Source of the DNA: Bacillota bacterium
GTDB taxonomy: Bacteria > Bacillota > Dethiobacteria > DTU022
Length of the DNA stretch: 64,000 nucleotides
Assembly: GCA_033549065.1 (NCBI GenBank)
Contig: JAWSUE010000001.1
Coordinates: forward strand, 60,944 to 124,943
Direction of reading: 5' to 3'
Below, one piece after another: positions 38,916 to 48,095 of this stretch. The notes beneath the pieces are model-generated. The model was not told where the DNA came from, ran no database searches, and saw only the letters and a list, made by a program, of their open reading frames with translations. Position 1 is the first letter of the stretch; each line of letters opens with the position of its first letter. The position numbers and the translations under genes were made by a program.

Positions 38916-39917
38916 TTACCTGCACACGTTGTATAGTTCAATAATATTCTCTTTCTTTATTTCTCTACTACCCTTGGCCATCTCATTTATAATATTGACC
39001 AGAAAATAATTCAAAGGTGTTTTAATACCTAGCGTTTTAGCTTTCCTGACCACATACCCATTAATGAAATTTGTTTCCAGCGGTTTTCCCAAAAGCAAAT
39101 CCTGATAAGCAGTCGGTACAATACCACCATGTGTCGTTTCTAAAACACCAAGCAAACTTTCGGTTATTAAATCTTTCTGCACAATATACTGCTCAGGTTC
39201 GAAACGAAGATGAATAGTTTCAAGACATATATCAAGTGCAAATGCGACATCAAGAACTTCACTCACGATGCCCCTGATCACCACCCTCGCTTCGGGCATA
39301 CTAACCAGGTCAGCCACTGGTTTACCCTGCAAGGCACCAACAGAGATAGCACAGTTCGCCAGTAGCTTAGCCCATAAAAACCCATAGATATTATCTGTTA
39401 TATATGTGTCCGTGACCAAACTCATAGTTTTCTGGAGTTTTAGTAATCGTTCATCTGCGTGGCCATCAAGCCTGCCGATTACAAATTCTCCCAGTGAGGC
39501 CTGTGAAAGATGACCAGCCCTGTCTGTAATCGCCCCCCAGCCAACAACACATCCAATTGTACGTTCTCTTCCGATTATTTCCGCTATCAGATCTTCGTTT
39601 ATACTATTTTGCATTGAAACGACAATTGAATTTTCCTGAAGCATGGGTGATAGCTTTCTCATAACATCTTCTGTGTGCATAGATTTAACAGCTAAAAGTA
39701 CAATATGAAGAGGCCCCTGGATTTCCTCCGGAGAGATAACATCGAGTGGGGTTGAAAAAATACCCCGGCAGCCCTCCACAACCAGATTTTCTTTCATGGC
39801 CTCCCGGTGTTCAAACCATGGTTCAACGACTATCACTTCATAGCCAGCTCTCGCCAGGTACGCAGCTGTTATCCCACCGATAGCCCCGCCGCCAATCACA
39901 GTAATAGCTTCATTCAT
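38916..39917 (-). CDS. 2-dehydropantoate 2-reductase (PanE/ApbA) family oxidoreductase
   Basis: 333-aa ORF. N-terminal Rossmann motif VIGGGAIGG and ApbA-like layout. Confidence 0.7.
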   Translation of the reverse strand: MNEAITVIGGGAIGGITAAYLARAGYEVIVVEPWFEHREAMKENLVVEGCRGIFSTPLDVISPEEIQGPLHIVLLAVKSMHTEDVMRKLSPMLQENSIVVSMQNSINEDLIAEIIGRERTIGCVVGWGAITDRAGHLSQASLGEFVIGRLDGHADERLLKLQKTMSLVTDTYITDNIYGFLWAKLLANCAISVGALQGKPVADLVSMPEARVVIRGIVSEVLDVAFALDICLETIHLRFEPEQYIVQKDLITESLLGVLETTHGGIVPTAYQDLLLGKPLETNFINGYVVRKAKTLGIKTPLNYFLVNIINEMAKGSREIKKENIIELYNVCR

Positions 39918-39942
39918 CGAAAATCACCAGCCATTTACTATT

Positions 39943-40776
39943 CTAACTACTATTCACCTGCGGAGCTTTTTCCTTGCCCTTTTCTCCATACCAGATCACT
40001 CTCTGTGGGAAAGGTATCTCAATACCTTCTGATTCAATTGCTTGCTTGATTTTCCATAAAAGCTCCATCTTGAGATTGAACCATACAGCAGTTGGCGCCC
40101 ATATCCTGACTATAATATCAACACTGTTATCGCCCAGACTGTCCACATACACCTGGGGAGCCGGATTAATAAGAGCAAAGGGCTGTTCATCAATCACCTG
40201 CTTGATTATATTCACTGCTTTTTCCGCATCATCTGCATAGCTTATACCAATTGAGTATTCAAACCGCCTAACAGAGCTTGATGAATAATTCGTAATACTT
40301 GAGGTAAAGACTTTTTCATTGGGAACCCTGATGAAATAGCCATCCAACGTCCGGAGTGAAGTGGAGATAATATGTATATCTTCAACTACACCGAGGATGC
40401 CTTCTATTTCAACTAAATCACCAATTTTTACCGGTCTCTCGCCCATTAAAAATAATCCTGAGATCAGGTTGCTGATAATGCTCTGGCTGGCAAATCCAAC
40501 AGCAAGGGCAACGATGCCACCGGCAACCATCAGTCCTGATGGTTCTATCCCAACCGTCGGCATAATCCAGATTACTGCTAGAACCATAACCGTGTAAGAA
40601 ACAATTTTTGCCAGCATCTCCAGTTGCTCTTTTTTCATTCTGTCTTTTAGTGAACGCCTTAAATGCACAGCAAAAATTCTTGATATAATAAGTCCGGCGA
40701 AAAAAATCAAAACCGCAACAATCAGGTTTAACCAGGTTACCCTGCCATATACTTCATAACTCAACCAATCGAGCAT
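39943..40776 (-). CDS. mscS: small-conductance mechanosensitive channel (MscS family)
   Basis: 277-aa ORF. Three N-terminal TM helices, pore-helix region GGIVALAVGFASQSIISNLISGLF, and the MscS beta-domain motif PVKIGDLVEI. Confidence 0.85.
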   Translation of the reverse strand: MLDWLSYEVYGRVTWLNLIVAVLIFFAGLIISRIFAVHLRRSLKDRMKKEQLEMLAKIVSYTVMVLAVIWIMPTVGIEPSGLMVAGGIVALAVGFASQSIISNLISGLFLMGERPVKIGDLVEIEGILGVVEDIHIISTSLRTLDGYFIRVPNEKVFTSSITNYSSSSVRRFEYSIGISYADDAEKAVNIIKQVIDEQPFALINPAPQVYVDSLGDNSVDIIVRIWAPTAVWFNLKMELLWKIKQAIESEGIEIPFPQRVIWYGEKGKEKAPQVNSS

Positions 40777-40777
40777 C

Positions 40778-41569
40778 TCAATAACCCTCCCCCATCACAG
40801 TCTTCCCCTGGTGGCCAAGCAAACGGGTACTAAATTGCTCAAACGCTTTGGTCATTCCGGGCTTTATTGGCTTGTCAACAAAATTTGTTTCTGCGGTTAC
40901 ATCATTTGAGATTTTCATTTCCGCGCTGACTGAAACCAATCGAGTATTATAATATATTTTCATGCCATGGGCACTGAGAACGGTTTTATTTACCTCAATC
41001 CACCGACCCGTAGAGTTCACGAGCTCAAGCTGCAGAATTCCCATTTCCAGTGGGTTTACAGCAGGTATATCAATAAAAAATTCACTCTTCCAATATCTGC
41101 ATACCAATCCATCTTTTATTCCGCCATATAAGGTATATTTGAGTTTAGTCATAGAGATAGTATCCACAACACAGGCTATATTCCCTTTCTGGCTGATTAA
41201 GGCTACAATTTCCAGTGGATAGGTCGCAAATATCTTCTTTGAACTCCGTGGCTCAATAACAACAGGTTTGGACAGTTCAACTAATAAATGAGTGCTCACT
41301 GCTGCAGGCTTATGAAAAGGTTCGACTGGATTGAGCAGGAAATTACCTTTTCCAGTCATCAGCAACTTACCAATTTCCTCGCCTGCCCCTTTGCGATTAT
41401 AAAGATAACCATCTTTGTTCTTTTCTATGCTGAGATTAATGCCCTGCAGTTCAATTGCAACAGGGATCTTGTGAGGGCCCCATGGGATATCTTCCAGTTC
41501 AGCACTGTCCGAGTAATTCCAGGTTAATTTCTGCTCAAGCTCGTTGAATTCATCATTTACAATATCCAT
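40778..41569 (-). CDS. hypothetical soluble protein, translationally coupled to mscS
   Basis: 263-aa ORF with no TM helix or signal peptide. Its stop lies 1 nt from the mscS ATG, and the mscS SD (GGGGGAGGG) sits inside its 3' end. I do not recognise the family. Confidence 0.6.
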   Translation of the reverse strand: MDIVNDEFNELEQKLTWNYSDSAELEDIPWGPHKIPVAIELQGINLSIEKNKDGYLYNRKGAGEEIGKLLMTGKGNFLLNPVEPFHKPAAVSTHLLVELSKPVVIEPRSSKKIFATYPLEIVALISQKGNIACVVDTISMTKLKYTLYGGIKDGLVCRYWKSEFFIDIPAVNPLEMGILQLELVNSTGRWIEVNKTVLSAHGMKIYYNTRLVSVSAEMKISNDVTAETNFVDKPIKPGMTKAFEQFSTRLLGHQGKTVMGEGY

Positions 41570-41734
41570 ATAATTCCCCCTGGCAGCTTAATGAAATTTA
41601 CAGGTTTGCTGTTGAAAAATAAATTCTACCCACCAGGGAGTAAATCCTTTAAAGAGTTGGATTTGCAGTTGAAGTGCAAATTAATGCAAGCAAAGATCGT
41701 GCGAAAAATATTTGAAGGTATAAGGAGTATTTTA

Positions 41735-41801
41735 GAAAATCAAAAGTTGATGGACGCTCAGGTTGTTTGAAACAGAATTGAGTAACTTGAGCGCCCATCA
41801 A
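41735..41801 (-). terminator. rho-independent terminator (readable on both strands)
   Basis: Hairpin TTGATGGACGCTCAGGTT-N19-AACTTGAGCGCCCATCAA (41747-41801). On the minus strand it is followed by CTTTTGATTTTCT. A T8 run lies 10 nt downstream on the plus strand. Confidence 0.65.
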
Positions 41802-41871
41802 GTAGTTAGCCTTTTTTTTGCTACTGGAGAGAAGGTTTTTCCAGACGATGCCCATATTAAAGGCCAGTATC

Positions 41872-42135
41872 TCATGATGTAATCACGAAGGCTGTTTCTC
41901 TCTTGAGAACTCTATCTTTGACTTCAGTGTCAGATAAAACTATCGGAACCAAACCATAGCCCAAATTAACTGTCATTGCCTTAAGGCATTTTTCTCTCTG
42001 CAGGGTTGTGCAACCACAAGCTGCTGCTTCAGCAGGTGTCAATTTTTTATTGAATGCTCCGGCACTGCAATACAATACCTGTCCGTTAATCCCATCATAT
42101 TCATTCCAGAATTTGCAGCTGTTTTTCATTTTCAT
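41872..42135 (-). CDS. small Cys-containing hypothetical protein
   Basis: 87-aa ORF (or 85 aa from the second ATG, which lies 8 nt after GGGAGG). Six Cys residues. Has its own terminator. No family recognised. Confidence 0.45.
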   Translation of the reverse strand: MKMKNSCKFWNEYDGINGQVLYCSAGAFNKKLTPAEAAACGCTTLQREKCLKAMTVNLGYGLVPIVLSDTEVKDRVLKRETAFVITS

Positions 42136-42479
42136 ATCCTCCCTTGTTTTCTATTGTTTCGCTACTATATTATCAAGCAAGATATATGCCAACTTTAACA
42201 TAACTGGCCGGAATTATTATAAAACCCGATAAAACCCGTACCAGGGATGAAAACAATAAATGCTTTTATATTTCCAGGGCAATAATGATAAATTGTAGCT
42301 AAAAATATAATTACGGTTTCAGCTTAATTAGTACTGTTAGATAAATAAAGGGTCATCTGGTTGACGCAAATACGTCACACAGTCGCCCTTATTAGGTTTT
42401 AATTAACTATCTGTATGCAAATCTGGAACTGGATACCCTATCGCTCCAGTTCTTTTATTAACTCTTCCATGTTCCATTA

Positions 42480-44306
42480 TCAATCATTCTGTTTTGTTGC
42501 TCGGTACCTAAGATTACGATCAAGAATTTTTTTTCGCATCCGGATCGTTGCCGGTGTAACTTCCACAAGTTCATCATCTTCAATATATTCCATTGCCCTT
42601 TCCAGGGTAAAACTAATCGGTGGAGCCAGCCGGATAGCTTCGTCCGCAGAACTTGCCCTCATATTTGTCAGGTGTTTTTTCTTACATACATTTACGTCCA
42701 GATCTTCCTCACGGGAATTTTCTCCAACAATCATACCGGCATATACTTCTTCATTCGGGCCTATAAAAAGAGAACCTCTCTCTTCAACATTGTGAATACC
42801 ATAAGTAGAAGCTTCGCCATTTTCAAAGGCAACCAACACACCTTTTCGCCGCCTGGCAGTTTCTCCACGCCAGGGACCATAGTGGCTGAACAGATGATGC
42901 ATGATTCCTTCACCATGAGTATCAACCAAAAGCTCAGATCGGAATCCGACTAAGCAGCGGGCAGGAACCATAAACTCCAGTTTCAGACTATTCTCACCTG
43001 CAGGCTGGAGATTTAACATTTCACCAAGCCTGCTACCCAAATTTTCAATTACTTTACCAGAATATTCCTGAGGAGTAACAACAAACAACCTTTCATAGGG
43101 TTCACAAATTACACCTTCAATGTCCTTAAGAATTGGCTTCGGCTTGGAAAGCTGAAGTTCATACCCTTCCCGACGCATCGTTTCAACAAGGATTCCCAAA
43201 TGCAGCTCTCCCCGGCCAGAGACAAGGTAAGAATCCGGAGAATCAGTATCTTCAACTTTTAAACTTACATTTGTTTCAGCTTCTTTAAAAAGGCGGCTGC
43301 GCACCTGGCGGGATGTAACATACTTACCTTCACGTCCGGCGAAAGGACTGTCATTAACTATAAAATTCATAGCCAGTGTCGGCTCATCAACATTTAAGAC
43401 AGGCAAAGGCATTGGATGTTCAGGATCGCTGACTGTTTCACCTATATTTACCTTTCCCAGCCCTGCAAGAGCAACTATATCCCCCGCTATTGCCTGGTCT
43501 ATTTCTTTGCGTTTTAATCCTTCATATACCCAAAGCTTGCTGATCTTCATTATTTCTACATTTCCATCCTGCTTACATAAGGCAACCTGCTGTCCACTAT
43601 TCAGCGAACCGTTGAGTATTCTGCCGATGGCAATGCGTCCAAGGTAATCATCATAGTCAAGAGTGTTAATCTGTAATTGAAGAACATTTCCCGGAGCAAC
43701 TACCGGGGGTGGTATTTCTGCAATTACCATATCAAACAAAGGTTTCAAATCTTTTCCCGGTTTGGCATGATCTACAGAAGAAATACCCTTACGGGAAGAT
43801 GTATAAATTACCGGAAAATCAAGCTGCCAATCAGCTGCACCCAGCTCAATAAAAAGATCAAAAACTTCGTTGAGGACCTCATTCGAGCGGGCATCCGGGC
43901 GATCAACCTTATTAATAACAACAATTATACGTAGTCCAACCTCCAGAGCTTTACGCAGAACAAATTTAGTCTGGGCCATCGGGCCTTCCGACGCATCAAC
44001 CAGTAAAAGTGCCCCATCGACCATGCGGAGGACACGTTCCACCTCTCCACCGAAATCAGCATGCCCCGGTGTATCAACTATATTGATTTTAATACCCTTG
44101 TAGTGGACTGCAGTATTTTTAGACAAGATCGTAATGCCGCGTTCTCTTTCCAAATCATTTGAATCCATTATTCTGTCGACCACTTTTTCATTTTCACGAA
44201 ATATACCGGATTGACGAAGAAGCCCATCAACCAGGGTTGTTTTTCCATGATCAACATGAGCAATAATTGCTATATTTCTTATTGAATTTTCAGTTTGTGC
44301 AATCAG
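42480..44306 (-). CDS. typA: translational GTPase TypA/BipA (non-canonical start)
   Basis: G1 motif AHVDHGKTT lies upstream of the first canonical start (GTG 44183). The frame opens after a TGA at 44315-44313. CTG at 44306 or ATT at 44303 follows AAGGTGA. The 609-aa product matches typical TypA length. Confidence 0.9.
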   Translation of the reverse strand: MIAQTENSIRNIAIIAHVDHGKTTLVDGLLRQSGIFRENEKVVDRIMDSNDLERERGITILSKNTAVHYKGIKINIVDTPGHADFGGEVERVLRMVDGALLLVDASEGPMAQTKFVLRKALEVGLRIIVVINKVDRPDARSNEVLNEVFDLFIELGAADWQLDFPVIYTSSRKGISSVDHAKPGKDLKPLFDMVIAEIPPPVVAPGNVLQLQINTLDYDDYLGRIAIGRILNGSLNSGQQVALCKQDGNVEIMKISKLWVYEGLKRKEIDQAIAGDIVALAGLGKVNIGETVSDPEHPMPLPVLNVDEPTLAMNFIVNDSPFAGREGKYVTSRQVRSRLFKEAETNVSLKVEDTDSPDSYLVSGRGELHLGILVETMRREGYELQLSKPKPILKDIEGVICEPYERLFVVTPQEYSGKVIENLGSRLGEMLNLQPAGENSLKLEFMVPARCLVGFRSELLVDTHGEGIMHHLFSHYGPWRGETARRRKGVLVAFENGEASTYGIHNVEERGSLFIGPNEEVYAGMIVGENSREEDLDVNVCKKKHLTNMRASSADEAIRLAPPISFTLERAMEYIEDDELVEVTPATIRMRKKILDRNLRYRATKQND

Positions 44307-44569
44307 TTTTATTCACCTTTTCTTTATAATCAGATCATCTTCCTAGTTTAGTTCAGATAACAATTAAACCACTATTCCCAGGGAAAAGCAATAAACTAAC
44401 CTGCCCAGTGTCAATAATAATAGACGATAATATTTATTCAGTTTATACTGAAATAAGCAGTACAAGATGATGCATGATCACCAATACGTTATAGATTTTA
44501 GCTATCCGTGAGAATCATTGTCTGCTGAATTTCAATAATTTATTTTATGCATGCCCCGGGGGATAAATA

Positions 44570-45331
44570 ATGAAACTAAGTTATTTAAATTTATTAAAAA
44601 TACCGGACCTGACTAGAGCAGAAAAAATCTTATGCATCCAACCTCATCCTGATGACATGGAAATCGGAGCCGGAGCCTCGATTGCCCGACTGAGCAAGAA
44701 GTGTATTACCATTACCTGTGTCACAGTAACTGATGGTTCCGCAGGCACCTATGATCATGGCATAAACCAGAAAGAATTAATCGAGACAAGAAAGAAGGAA
44801 ACAATTGAAGCATCCTGTTACCTGGGCGTAAATGAGCATCTTTGGCTAAATTTTCCTGACGGAGGTAATCTTCCTTACGAAAAAGTCCGTTCCGAAATTA
44901 CGCGAATAATAAGGACCATTAAACCAAAAGCTCTTCTTGTCTGTGACCCCTGGCTTTCTTATGAGGCACATTCAGACCATATCCGGACAGGCATGGCTGC
45001 CGCGGAAGCTTTTCTGCTATCCGGGCTTCCATATTTTTGCCCTTCAGACTTACATGACGGTATTGAACCCTATGCTGCTGAAATGATCGCCTTTTATTAT
45101 ACTGCTTATCCAAATACCTTTATAGATGTCTCGGACACATGGGCGCAGAAGTTAAAAGCTCTCAGCTGCCATAAGAGCCAGTTCAGGGATGACCAGCTTG
45201 AAATGTTTAAAGAACTCTTAACGATGAAAGCTCGTGAAATCGGAAAGGAAGAAGGATATAAATATGCTGAGTCATTCAAAGTTCTTTCTTCCACCCATAT
45301 GCATATATTAGAACAAGCCTGGCAGTACTAA
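44570..45331 (+). CDS. PIG-L/LmbE-family deacetylase
   Basis: 253-aa ORF with the PHPDDMEIGAG zinc-site motif typical of the family (BshB/MshB-like). Confidence 0.8.
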   Translation: MKLSYLNLLKIPDLTRAEKILCIQPHPDDMEIGAGASIARLSKKCITITCVTVTDGSAGTYDHGINQKELIETRKKETIEASCYLGVNEHLWLNFPDGGNLPYEKVRSEITRIIRTIKPKALLVCDPWLSYEAHSDHIRTGMAAAEAFLLSGLPYFCPSDLHDGIEPYAAEMIAFYYTAYPNTFIDVSDTWAQKLKALSCHKSQFRDDQLEMFKELLTMKAREIGKEEGYKYAESFKVLSSTHMHILEQAWQY

Positions 45332-45434
45332 AATAAATAATTAATTCACTGAAGGATTTATCAGCGCCTTTTTTCTTGGATTTAATAAACTTCTGCTGCT
45401 CTGCTTAACAGAAAATAACCATTTGACTCCATGG

Positions 45435-45463
45435 TTGACTTCATGACCCTTTATTGGTATAAT
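45435..45463 (+). promoter_or_regulatory. consensus sigA-type promoter for the Rrf2-cysK-nifS-thiF operon
   Basis: TTGACT (45435-45440), a 17-nt spacer, then TATAAT (45458-45463) with a TGG extended -10. Confidence 0.6.
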
Positions 45464-45497
45464 TCATACTGTCCCCATAGGAAATGAGGGTTTTACA

Positions 45498-45938
45498 GTG
45501 AAGCTAACCACAAAATTCCGTTACGGCACCAGGGCGATTCTCGATCTGGCCATCCACTCAACCGCAAGACCGGTGAGTGTTAAGGATATTGCTAAACGCC
45601 AGGACATATCACCAAAATACCTTGAAAACCTGTTTTCCATACTTCAGACATCAGGGATGATTCACTCTGTCAGAGGAGCCCAGGGAGGGTATCAACTGAT
45701 TATAAACCCTGCAGAAATAACCTTAAAAAACCTCTACGAATTATTCGAAGGAGCAGGCTGCCTGGTTGATTGTACGAATAATCCTTCTTCATGTAGGCGA
45801 TCGGAAATTTGTGTAACCCAGGAGATATGGTCTGAACTTTATGAACAATGTAGCAGCTTTCTTGATTCAGTAACAATAAAAGATTTAATGGAACGAGCTT
45901 ATGTTAAAGAATCTGTGCCAAATATATATCACATATGA
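45498..45938 (+). CDS. Rrf2-family transcriptional regulator (CymR/IscR-like)
   Basis: 146-aa ORF with GTG start. wHTH N-terminus MKLTTKFRYGTRAI. Cys motif VDCTNNPSSCRRSEIC. Confidence 0.9.
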   Translation: MKLTTKFRYGTRAILDLAIHSTARPVSVKDIAKRQDISPKYLENLFSILQTSGMIHSVRGAQGGYQLIINPAEITLKNLYELFEGAGCLVDCTNNPSSCRRSEICVTQEIWSELYEQCSSFLDSVTIKDLMERAYVKESVPNIYHI

Positions 45939-45955
45939 AAAAGGAGAAATAAGAA

Positions 45956-46888
45956 ATGGCAAAGATCTACGATGATATTACAAAAACCGTGGGAAACACC
46001 CCATTGGTAAAACTTAATACTATTACAAAGGGATTGGATGCAACGATCATAGCAAAACTTGAATCACACAACCCGCTGGGTAGTGTTAAGGATCGGATTG
46101 CCCTAAGTATGATTAATGAAGCGGAAAAGAGAGGCAAGATAAGCCCTGAAACAATTATTGTTGAACCAACCAGTGGTAATACAGGCATCGGACTGGCTTT
46201 TATCTGCGCTGCCAGAGGTTACCGCTTGATTCTCACAATGCCAGACACAATGTCAATTGAACGCCGTCAGCTTCTTCAGGCACTGGGAGCAGAATTAATT
46301 CTTACTCCAGGAGCAGAAGGCATGCCGGGAGCTATAAAAAAAGCCGAAGAACTGGTCAGCCAGGGAACACAGTATTATATGCCTCAACAATTTAACAATC
46401 CAGCCAATCCAGCAATTCACCGTGATACAACAGCAATTGAAATCTGGAATGATACAGACGGCAAGGCAGACATACTGGTAGCAGGAGTTGGTACCGGAGG
46501 GACCATTACCGGAGTGTCCCAGGTTATAAAACAAAAAAACCCTTCATTCAAAGCAGTCGCGGTTGAACCAGCCCGATCACCGGTACTTTCGGGAGGTAAT
46601 AAAGGTCCGCATAAAATTCAGGGCATCGGCGCAGGATTCATACCAAAAGTGCTGGATCTATCACTGGTCGATGAAATAATTCAGGTCGAAGATGATGATG
46701 CCGCCAATACAGCCCGCCGACTGGCTAAGGAAGAAGGAATATTTGTCGGTATTTCTTCAGGCGCTGCTGTATATGCTGCCCTACAGATTGCCGCCAGGCC
46801 GGAAAACAGTGGAAAATTAATCATTACCATTTTAGCAAGCACCGGTGAAAGATATTTGAGCAGCGGTTTATTTAATCCTGTAGAGTAA
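45956..46888 (+). CDS. cysK: cysteine synthase A (O-acetylserine sulfhydrylase)
   Basis: 310-aa ORF. PLP-lysine context NPLGSVKDR, plus TSGNTG and GTGGTITG loops. Confidence 0.95.
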   Translation: MAKIYDDITKTVGNTPLVKLNTITKGLDATIIAKLESHNPLGSVKDRIALSMINEAEKRGKISPETIIVEPTSGNTGIGLAFICAARGYRLILTMPDTMSIERRQLLQALGAELILTPGAEGMPGAIKKAEELVSQGTQYYMPQQFNNPANPAIHRDTTAIEIWNDTDGKADILVAGVGTGGTITGVSQVIKQKNPSFKAVAVEPARSPVLSGGNKGPHKIQGIGAGFIPKVLDLSLVDEIIQVEDDDAANTARRLAKEEGIFVGISSGAAVYAALQIAARPENSGKLIITILASTGERYLSSGLFNPVE

Positions 46889-46899
46889 TCCCGGAAAGG

Positions 46900-48069
46900 A
46901 TGAAAGAGATGAAGGAAATATATTTTGACAATGCCGCAACTACTGCAGCCCGTCCCGAAGTTGCCGAAATCCTACAGCGTTATCTACTGGATATTTACGG
47001 CAACCCTTCAAGCCTGCATTCTACAGGTCAAAAAGCCAAACGTTCGCTGGAAACAGCTCGCAAGACAGTAGCAGATATTATCGAGGCTGAGCCGGGGGAA
47101 ATTTTCTTCACCAGTGGAGGTACCGAAAGTAATAATATTGCCATTAAAGGAACAGCTTATGCCAACCTGGAAAAGGGCAATCATATTATTACCTCCTCAA
47201 TTGAGCATCATGCAGTTATTAACGTTTACGAAGAACTGGAAAAACAGGGGTTTGATATAACTGTTCTTCCCGTTGATCATAACGGCATAATTGATCTGGA
47301 AATCCTTGCAAATAGCCTGCGCCGAAATACAACTTTAATTAGTATTATGCTCGTAAATAACGAAATCGGAACTATACAACCCCTGGCAAAAGTAACCGAA
47401 TTGGCAAAAGATAGAGGAATTATCGTTCATACTGATGCAGTCCAGGCTGTGGGCAAGATACCGGTCAGCGTTAATAAACTTGGTGTGGACCTATTATCAA
47501 TGACTGCACATAAGATTCACGGACCAAAAGGTATTGGAGCCCTTTATAAGCGCGACGGATTAAAGATTAAACCGCTCTTTGAAGGGGGGCATCAGGAAAA
47601 AATATTACGCCCCGGCACAGAAAATATTCCAGGAATTGTTGCTCTCTCTGCCGCCCTCCAGTTGGCAGCTGATGAAATTGAATCTGAAAATAAAAGACTG
47701 GCCACCCTTCGTGACAAGCTTGAAGAAGGTATTCGTAATCGTGTAAACGATATAAAGATTAACGGCCACCCTGATTTACGTGTGCCAAATATATCTAATA
47801 TCAGTTTTAAGTTCATTGAAGGAGAAGCCCTCCTGTTATCTCTCGATATTAGGGGAATAGCTGTATCTACCGCTTCAGCATGCAGCGCCGGGGCTACAGA
47901 ACCTTCCCATGTTTTAAAAGCTATCGGGCTCGATCCTTTACTTGCGCAGGGAAGTATAAGGTTCTCTCTTGGACACTTCAATACAGCTGATGAAGTGAAC
48001 CATGTGATCGATGCTGTTGAAGAAACAGTCAATAAACTGAGGGAACTCTCACCTATCCGAAAAACTTAA
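46900..48069 (+). CDS. nifS: cysteine desulfurase (NifS/IscS class)
   Basis: 389-aa ORF. YFDNAATT N-terminus, PLP-lysine SMTAHKIHGPKG, active-site loop SASACSAG. The start may instead be ATG 46909. Confidence 0.9.
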   Translation: MKEMKEIYFDNAATTAARPEVAEILQRYLLDIYGNPSSLHSTGQKAKRSLETARKTVADIIEAEPGEIFFTSGGTESNNIAIKGTAYANLEKGNHIITSSIEHHAVINVYEELEKQGFDITVLPVDHNGIIDLEILANSLRRNTTLISIMLVNNEIGTIQPLAKVTELAKDRGIIVHTDAVQAVGKIPVSVNKLGVDLLSMTAHKIHGPKGIGALYKRDGLKIKPLFEGGHQEKILRPGTENIPGIVALSAALQLAADEIESENKRLATLRDKLEEGIRNRVNDIKINGHPDLRVPNISNISFKFIEGEALLLSLDIRGIAVSTASACSAGATEPSHVLKAIGLDPLLAQGSIRFSLGHFNTADEVNHVIDAVEETVNKLRELSPIRKT

Positions 48070-48095
48070 TATGTTTAAAGGTGATGTAATCCAAT

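Noticed and set aside
41649-41855. Minus-strand 68-aa ORF, and the plus-strand ORF 42415..42795.
   Set aside because: The first spans a terminator hairpin and a promoter region and has an implausible sequence. The second is antisense to the typA 3' end. Neither has an SD.
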